Shown here: positions 42,781 to 50,685 of the stretch, piece after piece
Numbering within the stretch: position 1 is the first letter of the stretch
How the letters are laid out: each line of letters begins with the position of its first letter
Virus record (IMG/VR): IMGVR_UViG_3300023106_000012
Location: 1-57,157 of that record
Length of the DNA: 57,157 bases
Reading direction: 5' to 3' (one strand)
Origin: a virus
Made by a program: the position numbers and the translations under genes
The notes under the pieces: model-generated
Databases searched by the model: none
Seen by the model: only the letters and a program-made list of their open reading frames with translations
What the model was told of the DNA's origin: nothing

Positions 42781-44295
42781 TTAAGCAGCGGCCGGAGCAA
42801 GCTTGGCAGGAGTAGGCGGCTTATTGCCCTGGTCTCCGGTTCCGGGCTCGGTAGCCGGTGCGAGTGCGGCGGCCTCCTCTTTGTCTTTTTTAATCCTGGC
42901 AAGCTCGGCGTCTGTATCGTCTGTAAGGCCTATTTTATTAACAGCGGTTTCCTGGCTTACTAAACCGGCACCCTTAGCCGCAACCATGTTATCAATAATC
43001 TCTTTAATATCGTTAGGTAATATCGAATTAAACTCAACCTCAAAAAGTAAATTTTCGGCTTGTGCCTTGTAGGCTACAACCGTTGTATTTACAATTCCCG
43101 AAATCAAAACGTTTAAAATACGCTCGACAAATGTCCTGTTAAAGCCCTCGTTTAATTTAGCTTTTATAATGGCATCCAAAAACATGAGCCTCATAGCGAC
43201 ACCGGAAACCGCTCCCAGGCCTTTAAGGTCGTCAAGTGATAACTTAGGGGTGTTTGTCATTGAATATATTAGGCTTTCCAGTTTCTCGAGCTCGAGCTTA
43301 ACCCTTTCGCCGGCGGTGTCGCTTGTCATAAATTCAGCATCCCCGTGAGTAACCTCTCCGGTTTTAGGGTCCTCAACCATATCGAACCGAAATAGCTTAC
43401 CATCGTCCCCGCGCTTTGGCATGGCTTTGACCTCTCCAAAAATTTTCATATAAGGGTGGCCGTCATAATCATTAGAGGCGCCGAGTTTACTAAAAGAGGT
43501 TTCGTACCGGTCAATCATGTCTTGCACGTCATACCACTCCGGCCTATCCTGGCTTAAATAGACAATAGGAATTTTGGTAAAGCCATGCGGCTCTATAGGC
43601 TTTAAAGTTTCCGTTGCCGCAATAGGTTGAGTTTTTCCCGTTGCATTGCTATATCTGTAAACGGTTGTATCTGTAAAAACCCATGTAAAAGTAACGTCCT
43701 TATCTCCGATTTTACGCACATACATCCAGGTGAAAGCTTTCATATCCCCGTACTCGTCGAAATAGGGTGCCATTATGCCGCCTTTTGATGTAAAGACAGT
43801 ACATTTTATCTCCTGTACTTTATTAGGGCCTAAGACGCGGTTAAACTGGGTCGTTGGGTCAATTTTATCGATGTAAAAATTTATAGCGCTTTCCGTTTCA
43901 GATTTAACGGTTTCAACAAGGGTTTGGATTTTGTTATCCATCCTGTTTATTTTCCAAAGTCTAAAAATTTCGTCGGCAAGAGTTCCCGGTGCGTTAGGGG
44001 TCAATGTAACGCTTTCCCCTACCTCAAAGGCCGTGGCCGTCTTTACAATTTTCTTTTGGAATGCAAAAGGTATTCGTATGCCAACCAAAGTCTCGGCGGG
44101 CTCACCATCCAACGCCGGGAGAGGCTTGTCTCTTTGGGTAAATGCAATTTGTGTTTGCCTAATATCCCTCTTAATTTCAGAGTACTCTTTTCGGTTATTG
44201 GTTACCTCCTCGAGAGGTTTGGCCTGGGAGGTTAAGGTCTTTATCGCGGTGTCAATGCTTTCCGCACTTGTCAGCTGTAAAATTATTTCGTCCAT
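42781..44295 (-). CDS. portal protein
   Basis: 504 aa, immediately downstream of TerL. Size and position fit, and the C-terminus is acidic and Pro-rich. Confidence 0.75.
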   Translation of the reverse strand: MDEIILQLTSAESIDTAIKTLTSQAKPLEEVTNNRKEYSEIKRDIRQTQIAFTQRDKPLPALDGEPAETLVGIRIPFAFQKKIVKTATAFEVGESVTLTPNAPGTLADEIFRLWKINRMDNKIQTLVETVKSETESAINFYIDKIDPTTQFNRVLGPNKVQEIKCTVFTSKGGIMAPYFDEYGDMKAFTWMYVRKIGDKDVTFTWVFTDTTVYRYSNATGKTQPIAATETLKPIEPHGFTKIPIVYLSQDRPEWYDVQDMIDRYETSFSKLGASNDYDGHPYMKIFGEVKAMPKRGDDGKLFRFDMVEDPKTGEVTHGDAEFMTSDTAGERVKLELEKLESLIYSMTNTPKLSLDDLKGLGAVSGVAMRLMFLDAIIKAKLNEGFNRTFVERILNVLISGIVNTTVVAYKAQAENLLFEVEFNSILPNDIKEIIDNMVAAKGAGLVSQETAVNKIGLTDDTDAELARIKKDKEEAAALAPATEPGTGDQGNKPPTPAKLAPAAA

Positions 44296-44309
44296 AATAT
44301 AATTGTTGT

Positions 44310-45899
44310 TTAATATCTTATTTGTCTCGCTTGCTCGTCGCTTGTGCCGTGTCGTCGTGGCATTCCAAGCTCAACAAACTCGCGCATCATAAACGCATCG
44401 AGCACGTCCGGGCTTTGGTTATCTAAAAAGGCTTTCATTTCTGATTTTTTAATGACCTGGAGCTTGCCGTCCTCGTCCGGCTTGTCTCTTTTAATGGCCT
44501 TTCTTTCGTATTTCATACGTTCCTCAAGAGTTTGTTTATCGTCAAATGGCATTTTAGCAATGTGCGGCGGGATGTAATACTCACCACGGCCAACCGAGTT
44601 GCCGCTCTCAAAATAACATTGGCTTTTTAAGTGATTATAGTTGGCTTTCCCTATTGGGCTCGAGCCGTTGTTAAATTCAACCGCTCCCACGATAAAGCCG
44701 TCTACAAACTGGCCAACGCCGTCGTTATCGAATACTATTGAGCTGTTTGGTATATCGTGCTTTATGGCCAGGCCTTTTATTGCCCCAATAACCTGTTTAC
44801 CGTTTGACCTGGGATATACTACAAAGCCAATACACATTTTACCCTCCCAGGCGAAAGCAAAAAGCTTATCGGAACCTTTTAGCGCAATGTCGGCGGTAAT
44901 GCAGCGCTTTACAAGCTTTTCGTCGGCGTCCCGTTGCTTACGCTCCTCCGGCGTGGGCAACCTCTTTGCGAGCCTGGCCTTTGCCGCCTGTATGTTTTTA
45001 AGAACGTGTTCGTTAGTAAATATATCAGCAAATTTATGAAAATCATATATATCTTGTAAAGAGGTCTTAACATTCCAGTTACCTCCCAACAATCGGGCCT
45101 TGGTTTCCTCGTCCTGGGCGTTAAGGTTGCCCAGGTAGCCAGGGTCAACCTCTAAAAGCTTTTTGTTTTGGTAAATATTTCCTGATATAAATGTCAGCGA
45201 TTTAATAAAGTGTACCGGGTCGATACCTGATTGCTCAACTATGGGCTGCAATACGTGCCAACCTTTCTCAATAACCTCTTGAGGGGTGGCGCCCATGATA
45301 TAATTATTGTTATCAACCATAAAATAACGTATCACACCCTCTCTCTCCGGTATTGGGAAACCATCCGGCCCAATCCACCAATCGATAAATTGCCTAACCC
45401 AACTATCCGGGTCAGGGTTGCATGTTGCGCGTATATAAGGCTTAACCCCGCATGTTGAACGGTTACGCGTCATAAGGTAAAAAAACATGAATTTAGAGAA
45501 GTGCGTGAGCTCGTCAAATCCTATGAGAGCAATCTCCGATCCTTGCCAGTCATGCACGTTTTGCTCATATTCCAGGTGTGAGAATTTTAGGCTTACGTTA
45601 TTGCCAAAATTCCACTCGAGCCGGGATTGTGTGGGTATGGCACCGGAGACTTTATTATAAATTTTCATTGAGGCATCCCAAAGACCGCCCTCGGCTCGTA
45701 TTTGCGGGGATGTACGTCGAAAGATAACACCGCCGAAATTTGGGATATTTGTGTTACGTAAGAACTCGAGCAATAGGGCAAAGGTTTTGCCAACGCCGGC
45801 CGCGGCGCCGCTGATAACAATATCGGCCTCCGACGAAAGTACATTAGTTTGATAGCCCTCTTGTGGCTCAATTATCTCTTGCTCTTGCTCGTATAACAT
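44310..45899 (-). CDS. terL: terminase large subunit
   Basis: 529 aa. Walker A ISGAAAGVGKTFALL. ATPase and nuclease two-domain size. Followed by the portal gene. Confidence 0.85.
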   Translation of the reverse strand: MLYEQEQEIIEPQEGYQTNVLSSEADIVISGAAAGVGKTFALLLEFLRNTNIPNFGGVIFRRTSPQIRAEGGLWDASMKIYNKVSGAIPTQSRLEWNFGNNVSLKFSHLEYEQNVHDWQGSEIALIGFDELTHFSKFMFFYLMTRNRSTCGVKPYIRATCNPDPDSWVRQFIDWWIGPDGFPIPEREGVIRYFMVDNNNYIMGATPQEVIEKGWHVLQPIVEQSGIDPVHFIKSLTFISGNIYQNKKLLEVDPGYLGNLNAQDEETKARLLGGNWNVKTSLQDIYDFHKFADIFTNEHVLKNIQAAKARLAKRLPTPEERKQRDADEKLVKRCITADIALKGSDKLFAFAWEGKMCIGFVVYPRSNGKQVIGAIKGLAIKHDIPNSSIVFDNDGVGQFVDGFIVGAVEFNNGSSPIGKANYNHLKSQCYFESGNSVGRGEYYIPPHIAKMPFDDKQTLEERMKYERKAIKRDKPDEDGKLQVIKKSEMKAFLDNQSPDVLDAFMMREFVELGMPRRHGTSDEQARQIRY

Positions 45900-45915
45900 T
45901 GGTAATCCTTTTGAG

Positions 45916-45923
45916 CAAAGTTA
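45916..45923 (-). promoter_or_regulatory. -7 box TAACTTTG upstream of terL
   Basis: After terminator 45936..45970, and 16 nt upstream of ATG 45899. Confidence 0.5.
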
Positions 45924-45935
45924 ACAAAGTTGTAA

Positions 45936-45970
45936 CAAAAAAATACCCCGTTGTGGTAGCAACGGGGTAT
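45936..45970 (-). terminator. intrinsic terminator
   Basis: ATACCCCGTTG-loop-CAACGGGGTAT followed by a T7 run. Confidence 0.75.
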
Positions 45971-46012
45971 AAAGCTAAAAAACGAATTATGAATAGAACA
46001 AAAAAACAATCA

Positions 46013-46028
46013 ATATAATATTTTATAC
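46013..46028. promoter_or_regulatory. third-locus operator-like site ATATAATATTTTATAC
   Basis: 15 of 16 positions identical to the operator core at 51455..51470. Overlaps the stop of 46023..46256, upstream of the terL terminator and promoter. Confidence 0.4.
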
Positions 46029-46256
46029 TTTCTTTTCTGCCTTTTTGATTTCAAACACATACTCCTCTCCAGGCTCAAAAAAATCGAGGGCATCAGGGTT
46101 GGTAATGTGTATTTTAACCGAGGCGTTTGGCGTGTACTTGCTGAAAGTCTTGTTTTCCTCGCTATCTCCCGTTACAGCTGATAAATTAGCCTCAACGTTG
46201 TTGTTTCCATAGTTGACAGTCGAGCCAACTTTAAATTTTGCTAAAAGCGTTTTCAT
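46023..46256 (-). CDS. hypothetical protein
   Basis: 77 aa, a monocistronic unit between two terminators. Confidence 0.65.
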   Translation of the reverse strand: MKTLLAKFKVGSTVNYGNNNVEANLSAVTGDSEENKTFSKYTPNASVKIHITNPDALDFFEPGEEYVFEIKKAEKKV

Positions 46257-46282
46257 ACTTATGTTTTTAAAATGTTAAGTCA

Positions 46283-46290
46283 CAAAAGTA
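46283..46290 (-). promoter_or_regulatory. -7 box TACTTTTG
   Basis: After terminator 46293..46323, and 26 nt upstream of ATG 46256. Confidence 0.5.
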
Positions 46291-46292
46291 AT

Positions 46293-46323
46293 AAAAAAAG
46301 CCTCTTAGTGACATAAGAGGCTT
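46293..46323 (-). terminator. intrinsic terminator
   Basis: AAGCCTCTTA-loop-TAAGAGGCTT followed by a T7 run. Confidence 0.75.
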
Positions 46324-46353
46324 TTAAGATGAATACACGGGTATATTGGATTG

Positions 46354-46370
46354 AATGCAGGGCAAATATA
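46354..46370. repeat. 17-bp direct repeat, copy 1
   Basis: aatgcagggcaaatata, identical to 46795..46811, immediately downstream of the protease stop. Confidence 0.9.
46363..46370 (-). promoter_or_regulatory. -7-like box TATATTTG (part of the 17-bp repeat) followed by a terminator
   Basis: TATATTTGCCCTGCATT, immediately after the stop of 46373..46771. No ORF lies before the hairpin at 46293..46323. Confidence 0.4.
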
Positions 46371-46372
46371 CA

Positions 46373-46771
46373 CTATGGTTTTATTAAATGCATTGTCAAA
46401 CTACCAAAATTTATCACAGCCCCAAAATATTCCAAAATATCACAACCAATAAGGCCATCTATACCGGAAATACCTCTTTGCAATAACGTTTCATTTATAG
46501 CATTAATACAGATACATCTAACAGAAGTTTCTATAAATACGCCTCCAAAATTTAGTTGTATTGGCTTTGTTTCTTTCATTATGATAGTATTACTTGCTGA
46601 TTGAGAAACGTGTGTTAATCCGTCAATAGTATCTACTCTAAAAAAACCGATGCTTTTTTCTCCAATAACCGAAACCTCGCAACCCGTATCAATAAGAAAA
46701 CAGCCTTTTACTTTGTTAATTGTTACATCAACAAATAACAAATCTCCCTCTTGGTATAATGGAACCTCCAT
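46373..46771 (-). CDS. retropepsin-like (clan AA) aspartic protease
   Basis: 132 aa. CFLIDTGCEVSVI (hydrophobic-hydrophobic-D-T-G) plus GLIGCDILEYFGAVINF (flap/dimer-interface-like G-h-h-G-x-D-h-L). Confidence 0.7.
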   Translation of the reverse strand: MEVPLYQEGDLLFVDVTINKVKGCFLIDTGCEVSVIGEKSIGFFRVDTIDGLTHVSQSASNTIIMKETKPIQLNFGGVFIETSVRCICINAINETLLQRGISGIDGLIGCDILEYFGAVINFGSLTMHLIKP

Positions 46772-46772
46772 A

Positions 46773-46798
46773 TTTTATAAAGTGTTTTCAAAATAATG
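46773..46798. repeat. 26-bp direct repeat, copy 1
   Basis: ttttataaagtgttttcaaaataatg, identical to 47157..47182. Here it is intergenic, directly upstream of the protease ATG. Confidence 0.9.
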
Positions 46799-46811
46799 CA
46801 GGGCAAATATA
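46795..46811. repeat. 17-bp direct repeat, copy 2
   Basis: The same 17-mer, immediately upstream of the protease gene and abutting 26-bp repeat copy 1. Confidence 0.9.
46804..46811 (-). promoter_or_regulatory. -7 box TATATTTG (part of the 17-bp repeat) upstream of the protease gene
   Basis: TATATTTGCCCTGCATT, 32 nt upstream of ATG 46771. Confidence 0.5.
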
Positions 46812-46826
46812 AAGTATTTTAGACTT

Positions 46827-47147
46827 TTAATCAAATTCTCCTTTACTAACATGTGAAACCTGAATAAAGCCTCTTTCTAATTCAGATATAATGTATCTAA
46901 GATGTTCAGCACTATCCCAATAACCATTTTGGTGAGCTTGATGTATGTTACCAACAAGTCCTTGAACAAAAGCAGAGGTTAATGCTTTAGTACCTGCAAC
47001 GGTAGGTAACCCATTATTTAAATATTTAGACTTATCTAGGTTTTTTGAAACCTCTAAATTAAAATCTGTTTTTACATGCTTTGATTTATTGTCCCCTATT
47101 TTATGATACATAGTTAAATCAACAATGCCTTTAAATTTAAATTCCAT
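46827..47147 (-). CDS. hypothetical protein
   Basis: 106 aa, bracketed by 26-bp direct repeats. Confidence 0.65.
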   Translation of the reverse strand: MEFKFKGIVDLTMYHKIGDNKSKHVKTDFNLEVSKNLDKSKYLNNGLPTVAGTKALTSAFVQGLVGNIHQAHQNGYWDSAEHLRYIISELERGFIQVSHVSKGEFD

Positions 47148-47156
47148 AGTAAAATG

Positions 47157-47182
47157 TTTTATAAAGTGTTTTCAAAATAATG
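47157..47182. repeat. 26-bp direct repeat, copy 2
   Basis: The same 26-mer. Here it encodes the last 8 codons plus stop of 47159..47428. Confidence 0.9.
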
Positions 47183-47428
47183 AAATATATAACCAGCACC
47201 TACCTCTAAGGTGCCAATATACTTACTATAATCCGTTACTTTTTCACCGGTACCGTAACAGTTAATTATAACCTCGATTTGAGGCTCGTTAGGGTCAGTC
47301 AATACCCAAACATGGGGTATACCCATTTGCGTAGCTACATGCAATATTTTTGAGTTGCTACTTAATTGTAGCGAGGTATTTACACCGGATACCGCTAATT
47401 TAAATTTATAAATATTCATTAGTCGCAA
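47159..47428 (-). CDS. hypothetical protein
   Basis: 89 aa. Its last 8 codons (HYFENTL stop) are duplicated at 46773..46798. Confidence 0.65.
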   Translation of the reverse strand: MRLMNIYKFKLAVSGVNTSLQLSSNSKILHVATQMGIPHVWVLTDPNEPQIEVIINCYGTGEKVTDYSKYIGTLEVGAGYIFHYFENTL

Positions 47429-47640
47429 GCGTTTTCAAGGCGGTTGGCCCGCTCCTGGTTAAGTAATTCAATTTTTCGGTTGTCAACCGGTGAGCTGTTT
47501 TCAACAACCCAATTGATTTGCCCATCATAATAGGCGTTAATTTCGGCTTGTGTGCCCTCACAGTCATTGAGCGGTATTACATCCTCACTCGAGCAAGATA
47601 ACGCCACCAGGGCGAAAATTAATAAAATAGATTTTTTCAT
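47419..47640 (-). CDS. small lipoprotein
   Basis: 73 aa. MKKSILLIFALVALSCSSED (signal peptide plus lipobox Cys), with further Cys residues in the mature part. Confidence 0.65.
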   Translation of the reverse strand: MKKSILLIFALVALSCSSEDVIPLNDCEGTQAEINAYYDGQINWVVENSSPVDNRKIELLNQERANRLENACD

Positions 47641-47643
47641 TTT

Positions 47644-47901
47644 TTACTTTTTTTTAAGTTCTTCAATTTCCTTTAAAAGCTTTCTTAATTTTTTACCCGT
47701 TACCTCGCTTTTTGATAGTTCCCTAAACGAAGTTATCCAGTCATAAGCATAAATTGGCTCTCGGCTCAAATCTATCTCTACATGAGTAGCGCCCTTTCCC
47801 GCTTGCTCAGCCAAAAAACGCATTAATTCAGGAATTGCATAAATACGCTTTAATGCGTGTTTTTCAATCTCCTCTTTGTCCTCAAAGCTAAAAATTGCCA
47901 T
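47644..47901 (-). CDS. hypothetical protein
   Basis: 85 aa ORF. Confidence 0.6.
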   Translation of the reverse strand: MAIFSFEDKEEIEKHALKRIYAIPELMRFLAEQAGKGATHVEIDLSREPIYAYDWITSFRELSKSEVTGKKLRKLLKEIEELKKK

Positions 47902-48023
47902 TACTTTTTTTTATGTTTAGGCTTTGTAGCTCTCTCGGCCGCACGACGCTCGGCTCGGCTTTGTCCGGTTTGCCCTAAATAGATAGGGTCATACTTTTTT
48001 ACTTGTGGTTTACCATTTTTCAT
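47901..48023 (-). CDS. small basic protein (below the ORF-track cutoff)
   Basis: Hand-translated 40 aa: MKNGKPQVKKYDPIYLGQTGQSRAERRAAERATKPKHKKK. TAATG junction. Confidence 0.35.
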   Translation of the reverse strand: MKNGKPQVKKYDPIYLGQTGQSRAERRAAERATKPKHKKK

Positions 48024-48040
48024 AAATTATTATTTAGGGA

Positions 48041-48490
48041 TTATTTAAAAATTAATTCATTATTTTTTAATTGATATATAAACCATCCAAACCAAAAAAC
48101 AACAACTTCTACAGTTAATAAGCTATATTCATTTAGTTTTTCGTTTGAATATAGATTATTTATTGTTCCGTTTGAAAATGTAGGAACCCCATCAACGTCC
48201 AGTCCACTTGCTGAAAACATAAAATCATTTTTCCACATTTTAGGAAATTCAAAATTATTTTTGTTGAGTCCTACAATATCGTTAGGATTAAAGTTTTTAA
48301 AAAACAACTCTTCTCCTTTGTGGTTATATACAAAGTCTTTGTTATAAAACTTTTTATAATCAGTATCTATAATCAATTTAAATTCTCTGCAATCTAAACT
48401 TTTTATTTTTCTCCATTGGCTATAGGAGGCAACCGTTATTTTACCTGTTTTTTTTATTCTGCGTAATGGTCTAAAAACAATTTCTTTCAT
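48041..48490 (-). CDS. hypothetical protein with a C-terminal hydrophobic helix
   Basis: 149 aa. The segment is visibly more AT-rich than its surroundings. C-terminal LLTVEVVVFWFGWFIYQL. Confidence 0.6.
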   Translation of the reverse strand: MKEIVFRPLRRIKKTGKITVASYSQWRKIKSLDCREFKLIIDTDYKKFYNKDFVYNHKGEELFFKNFNPNDIVGLNKNNFEFPKMWKNDFMFSASGLDVDGVPTFSNGTINNLYSNEKLNEYSLLTVEVVVFWFGWFIYQLKNNELIFK

Positions 48491-48501
48491 AAAAAATATT
48501 T

Positions 48502-49203
48502 TTATAAAATTCCGTTTATGATAAGTTTTTGGTTAGCCTCATATAAATCTTGTGTTAATTTCCTGTTAGTTACCTGCAATAAAAAAATGTCGTTGGCCTT
48601 TTCTAATAATCGGCTTTGGAGCTCATTGTTTTCCCGGTCTAACCGATTGATTTTATTTTTAAGGGTATTTACCCCCGAATTTTCTTTATAGTCTCTTAGC
48701 TCTCGGAAAGAGAAATAAAATTTACGGCAAAGTACCGTCTCGACCGGTATGACGTTTTTATGCAACACCGGCGCCTCTTTTACTTTGGTAACCTTTCCAC
48801 TTTCTGACACATACAAAAGCCCCGCATACGCCGGCACCTCGCTCCGGGAGATAAGCAGCTCCGGCACCGCAAAAAAGAAACGGTTGGGCCGGCCGCTAAC
48901 AGGGCGAGGCGTCCCGGCTTCAAACATTTGAGTTTGCCCGTCTTGCCGCTCATAAGTCGGATATTGGTACGACCTGGTGCCATGCTCGAGTATTTGGTGC
49001 TTGTCGCTCTTATTGAAATCAGCTTTGAAGTCTTGCCGGCTAATCTTTACCTCTATGTCATAAATAAAGCCATTGGGCTCTTTAACAACGAGTAAGTCAG
49101 TCTCACAGTAACCGGCGCCAAAAAAGTAAACGTTGGGCACTATGTAGCGGGCACCGGTGGCGTAATATTTATCGAGGGCGTTTTGTATGTCTTTAGCTAT
49201 CAT
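48502..49203 (-). CDS. MmcB-like PD-(D/E)XK nuclease with C-terminal coiled coil
   Basis: 233 aa. CETDLLVV ... YDIEVKISRQDFKADF ... RFFFAVP. Confidence 0.65.
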   Translation of the reverse strand: MIAKDIQNALDKYYATGARYIVPNVYFFGAGYCETDLLVVKEPNGFIYDIEVKISRQDFKADFNKSDKHQILEHGTRSYQYPTYERQDGQTQMFEAGTPRPVSGRPNRFFFAVPELLISRSEVPAYAGLLYVSESGKVTKVKEAPVLHKNVIPVETVLCRKFYFSFRELRDYKENSGVNTLKNKINRLDRENNELQSRLLEKANDIFLLQVTNRKLTQDLYEANQKLIINGIL

Positions 49204-49529
49204 TTTTTTAAACTTGTGAATATTTTATTAAACACCCAACCGGTAAGATATGCTTGTGGCTCGTCATTTTCTAAATCGAGATACACACCTCTATCTTTGA
49301 AAATCAAATTTACTAAATGTACGGTCTCATGTGCAATTACATGAGGATTGGTATAATCAAAGGCAGCGTAATAAATAGTTCTACCACTTTTTTTCTGAAT
49401 TTTAAAAACAAATGCAGCGCACGGTTTGAAGTGCATCCCAAATTTTTTAGCAACCTTTTTAAGGTTGTTTGTTTTTATAACGCAAAGCGTATCGTAATAA
49501 ATCGGTATTTTAAATTTATAATTTTTCAT
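49200..49529 (-). CDS. minimal HExxH zinc metallopeptidase-like protein
   Basis: 109 aa. HETVHLVNLIF ... ENDEPQAY (HExxH plus a downstream Glu). ATGA-coupled to the nuclease gene. Confidence 0.55.
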   Translation of the reverse strand: MKNYKFKIPIYYDTLCVIKTNNLKKVAKKFGMHFKPCAAFVFKIQKKSGRTIYYAAFDYTNPHVIAHETVHLVNLIFKDRGVYLDLENDEPQAYLTGWVFNKIFTSLKK

Positions 49530-49758
49530 TTGGGCTTTTAAGTCTTTGGGGTTGTATCATATAAACATCCTCTTGGCGTACACTTACAAAGCCGTTGCCG
49601 ACTGTATGAGAATAAAAACCGCCTGGGCTGTATGGCTCACCTGGTATTTGCACCCGTGGCACCCACTCGGCAATTATCCAACTGCCGTAATCGGTCAATA
49701 TCCAATAATATCCTTGCTCGAGCTCGGCCGTTATTCTGTCAAAAGCTTCTTTTCTCAT
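49516..49758 (-). CDS. hypothetical protein
   Basis: 80 aa ORF. Confidence 0.55.
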   Translation of the reverse strand: MRKEAFDRITAELEQGYYWILTDYGSWIIAEWVPRVQIPGEPYSPGGFYSHTVGNGFVSVRQEDVYMIQPQRLKSPNEKL

Positions 49759-49760
49759 GG

Positions 49761-50156
49761 TTAGTTTTGAAATTTATGGCTTTCCTTTTTGACCTTACAT
49801 TCTTTGTTGCGGCGAAATAGCCCGCCGGCAACAGAGCAACCGCAACCGTAAACGCCCTCAATTAGTTTTTCAAGGGGAGCGGGCTCGTTTTCGGCCGTCT
49901 CCCGGATTGCTTTCTCAAAGTTAGTCTCTTGTGCCTCCTCTTGGTCGTGCATAGCCTGGAGCGCCTCTATGGGCTCCAGGCGGTACCACGTTACAAGAGC
50001 CGCGTGTGCCCATACCGGCAACCCTTTTGCCTCGACGCGTTTGGGAGAGGTCTCTTGTTTTACGTTTTGCGGGCTCATGTTGAACTCAAGAGCAACGTCT
50101 TTGTTGGTAAGGCGAAAGCGATTAAGGTATGCTTTCCAATTTTTTAGTGTGTACAT
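49761..50156 (-). CDS. hypothetical protein (possible HTH N-terminus)
   Basis: 131 aa ORF. Confidence 0.6.
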   Translation of the reverse strand: MYTLKNWKAYLNRFRLTNKDVALEFNMSPQNVKQETSPKRVEAKGLPVWAHAALVTWYRLEPIEALQAMHDQEEAQETNFEKAIRETAENEPAPLEKLIEGVYGCGCSVAGGLFRRNKECKVKKESHKFQN

Positions 50157-50263
50157 TATTTTTTTTCTTTTTTAGTACCGATTAAACAAACTACTATAAG
50201 CAATAAAATCATTATTCCAAATCCTATTAGCTTAAAAAGGTCAATGTTAATTTCTACTTTCAT
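50156..50263 (-). CDS. small single-TM protein (below the ORF-track cutoff)
   Basis: 35 aa: MKVEINIDLFKLIGFGIMILLLIVVCLIGTKKEKK. The ORF-track reading 50156..50338 uses an implausible upstream start. Confidence 0.35.
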   Translation of the reverse strand: MKVEINIDLFKLIGFGIMILLLIVVCLIGTKKEKK

Positions 50264-50391
50264 TTTATAAAATGTTTGATTATAAATATTATTGCTACTA
50301 TCACCCAGGGCGCCGCTATGCAGCCCATGGCCCGCCAAAAATGCCGGCGGGGTATCTCCGGCTCGTTATGCTTTCTATTATGCTTTTCCAT
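50260..50391 (-). CDS. small single-TM protein (below the ORF-track cutoff)
   Basis: Hand-translated 43 aa: MEKHNRKHNEPEIPRRHFWRAMGCIAAPWVIVAIIFIIKHFIK. ATGA junction. Confidence 0.35.
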   Translation of the reverse strand: MEKHNRKHNEPEIPRRHFWRAMGCIAAPWVIVAIIFIIKHFIK

Positions 50392-50392
50392 A

Positions 50393-50683
50393 TTAAAATG
50401 GGCTTTCGTCGATTAATACAAGACTGGCAATAACATAAGGGTCTTGCATAAACGATATTAATGTTCTAAAATTAGCAAACTCTAAACCTATTCTTTGGCG
50501 TTCCCTTATCGTAACAGGAAAATCAAAATTGCCACCTCGATACTCCTCTTTATTGCCGTATACATCGGGGATAATAGTATCATAAGAACAATGCCTATGT
50601 ATTGCCTGGGCAAGTGTTATCGGTATATCATGGCCAATTACTTCAAAGTAAAGCCGTATTTTGTTTTTAAATTGTCTTGGCAT
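50393..50683 (-). CDS. hypothetical protein
   Basis: 96 aa ORF. Confidence 0.6.
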   Translation of the reverse strand: MPRQFKNKIRLYFEVIGHDIPITLAQAIHRHCSYDTIIPDVYGNKEEYRGGNFDFPVTIRERQRIGLEFANFRTLISFMQDPYVIASLVLIDESPF

Positions 50684-50685
50684 AT

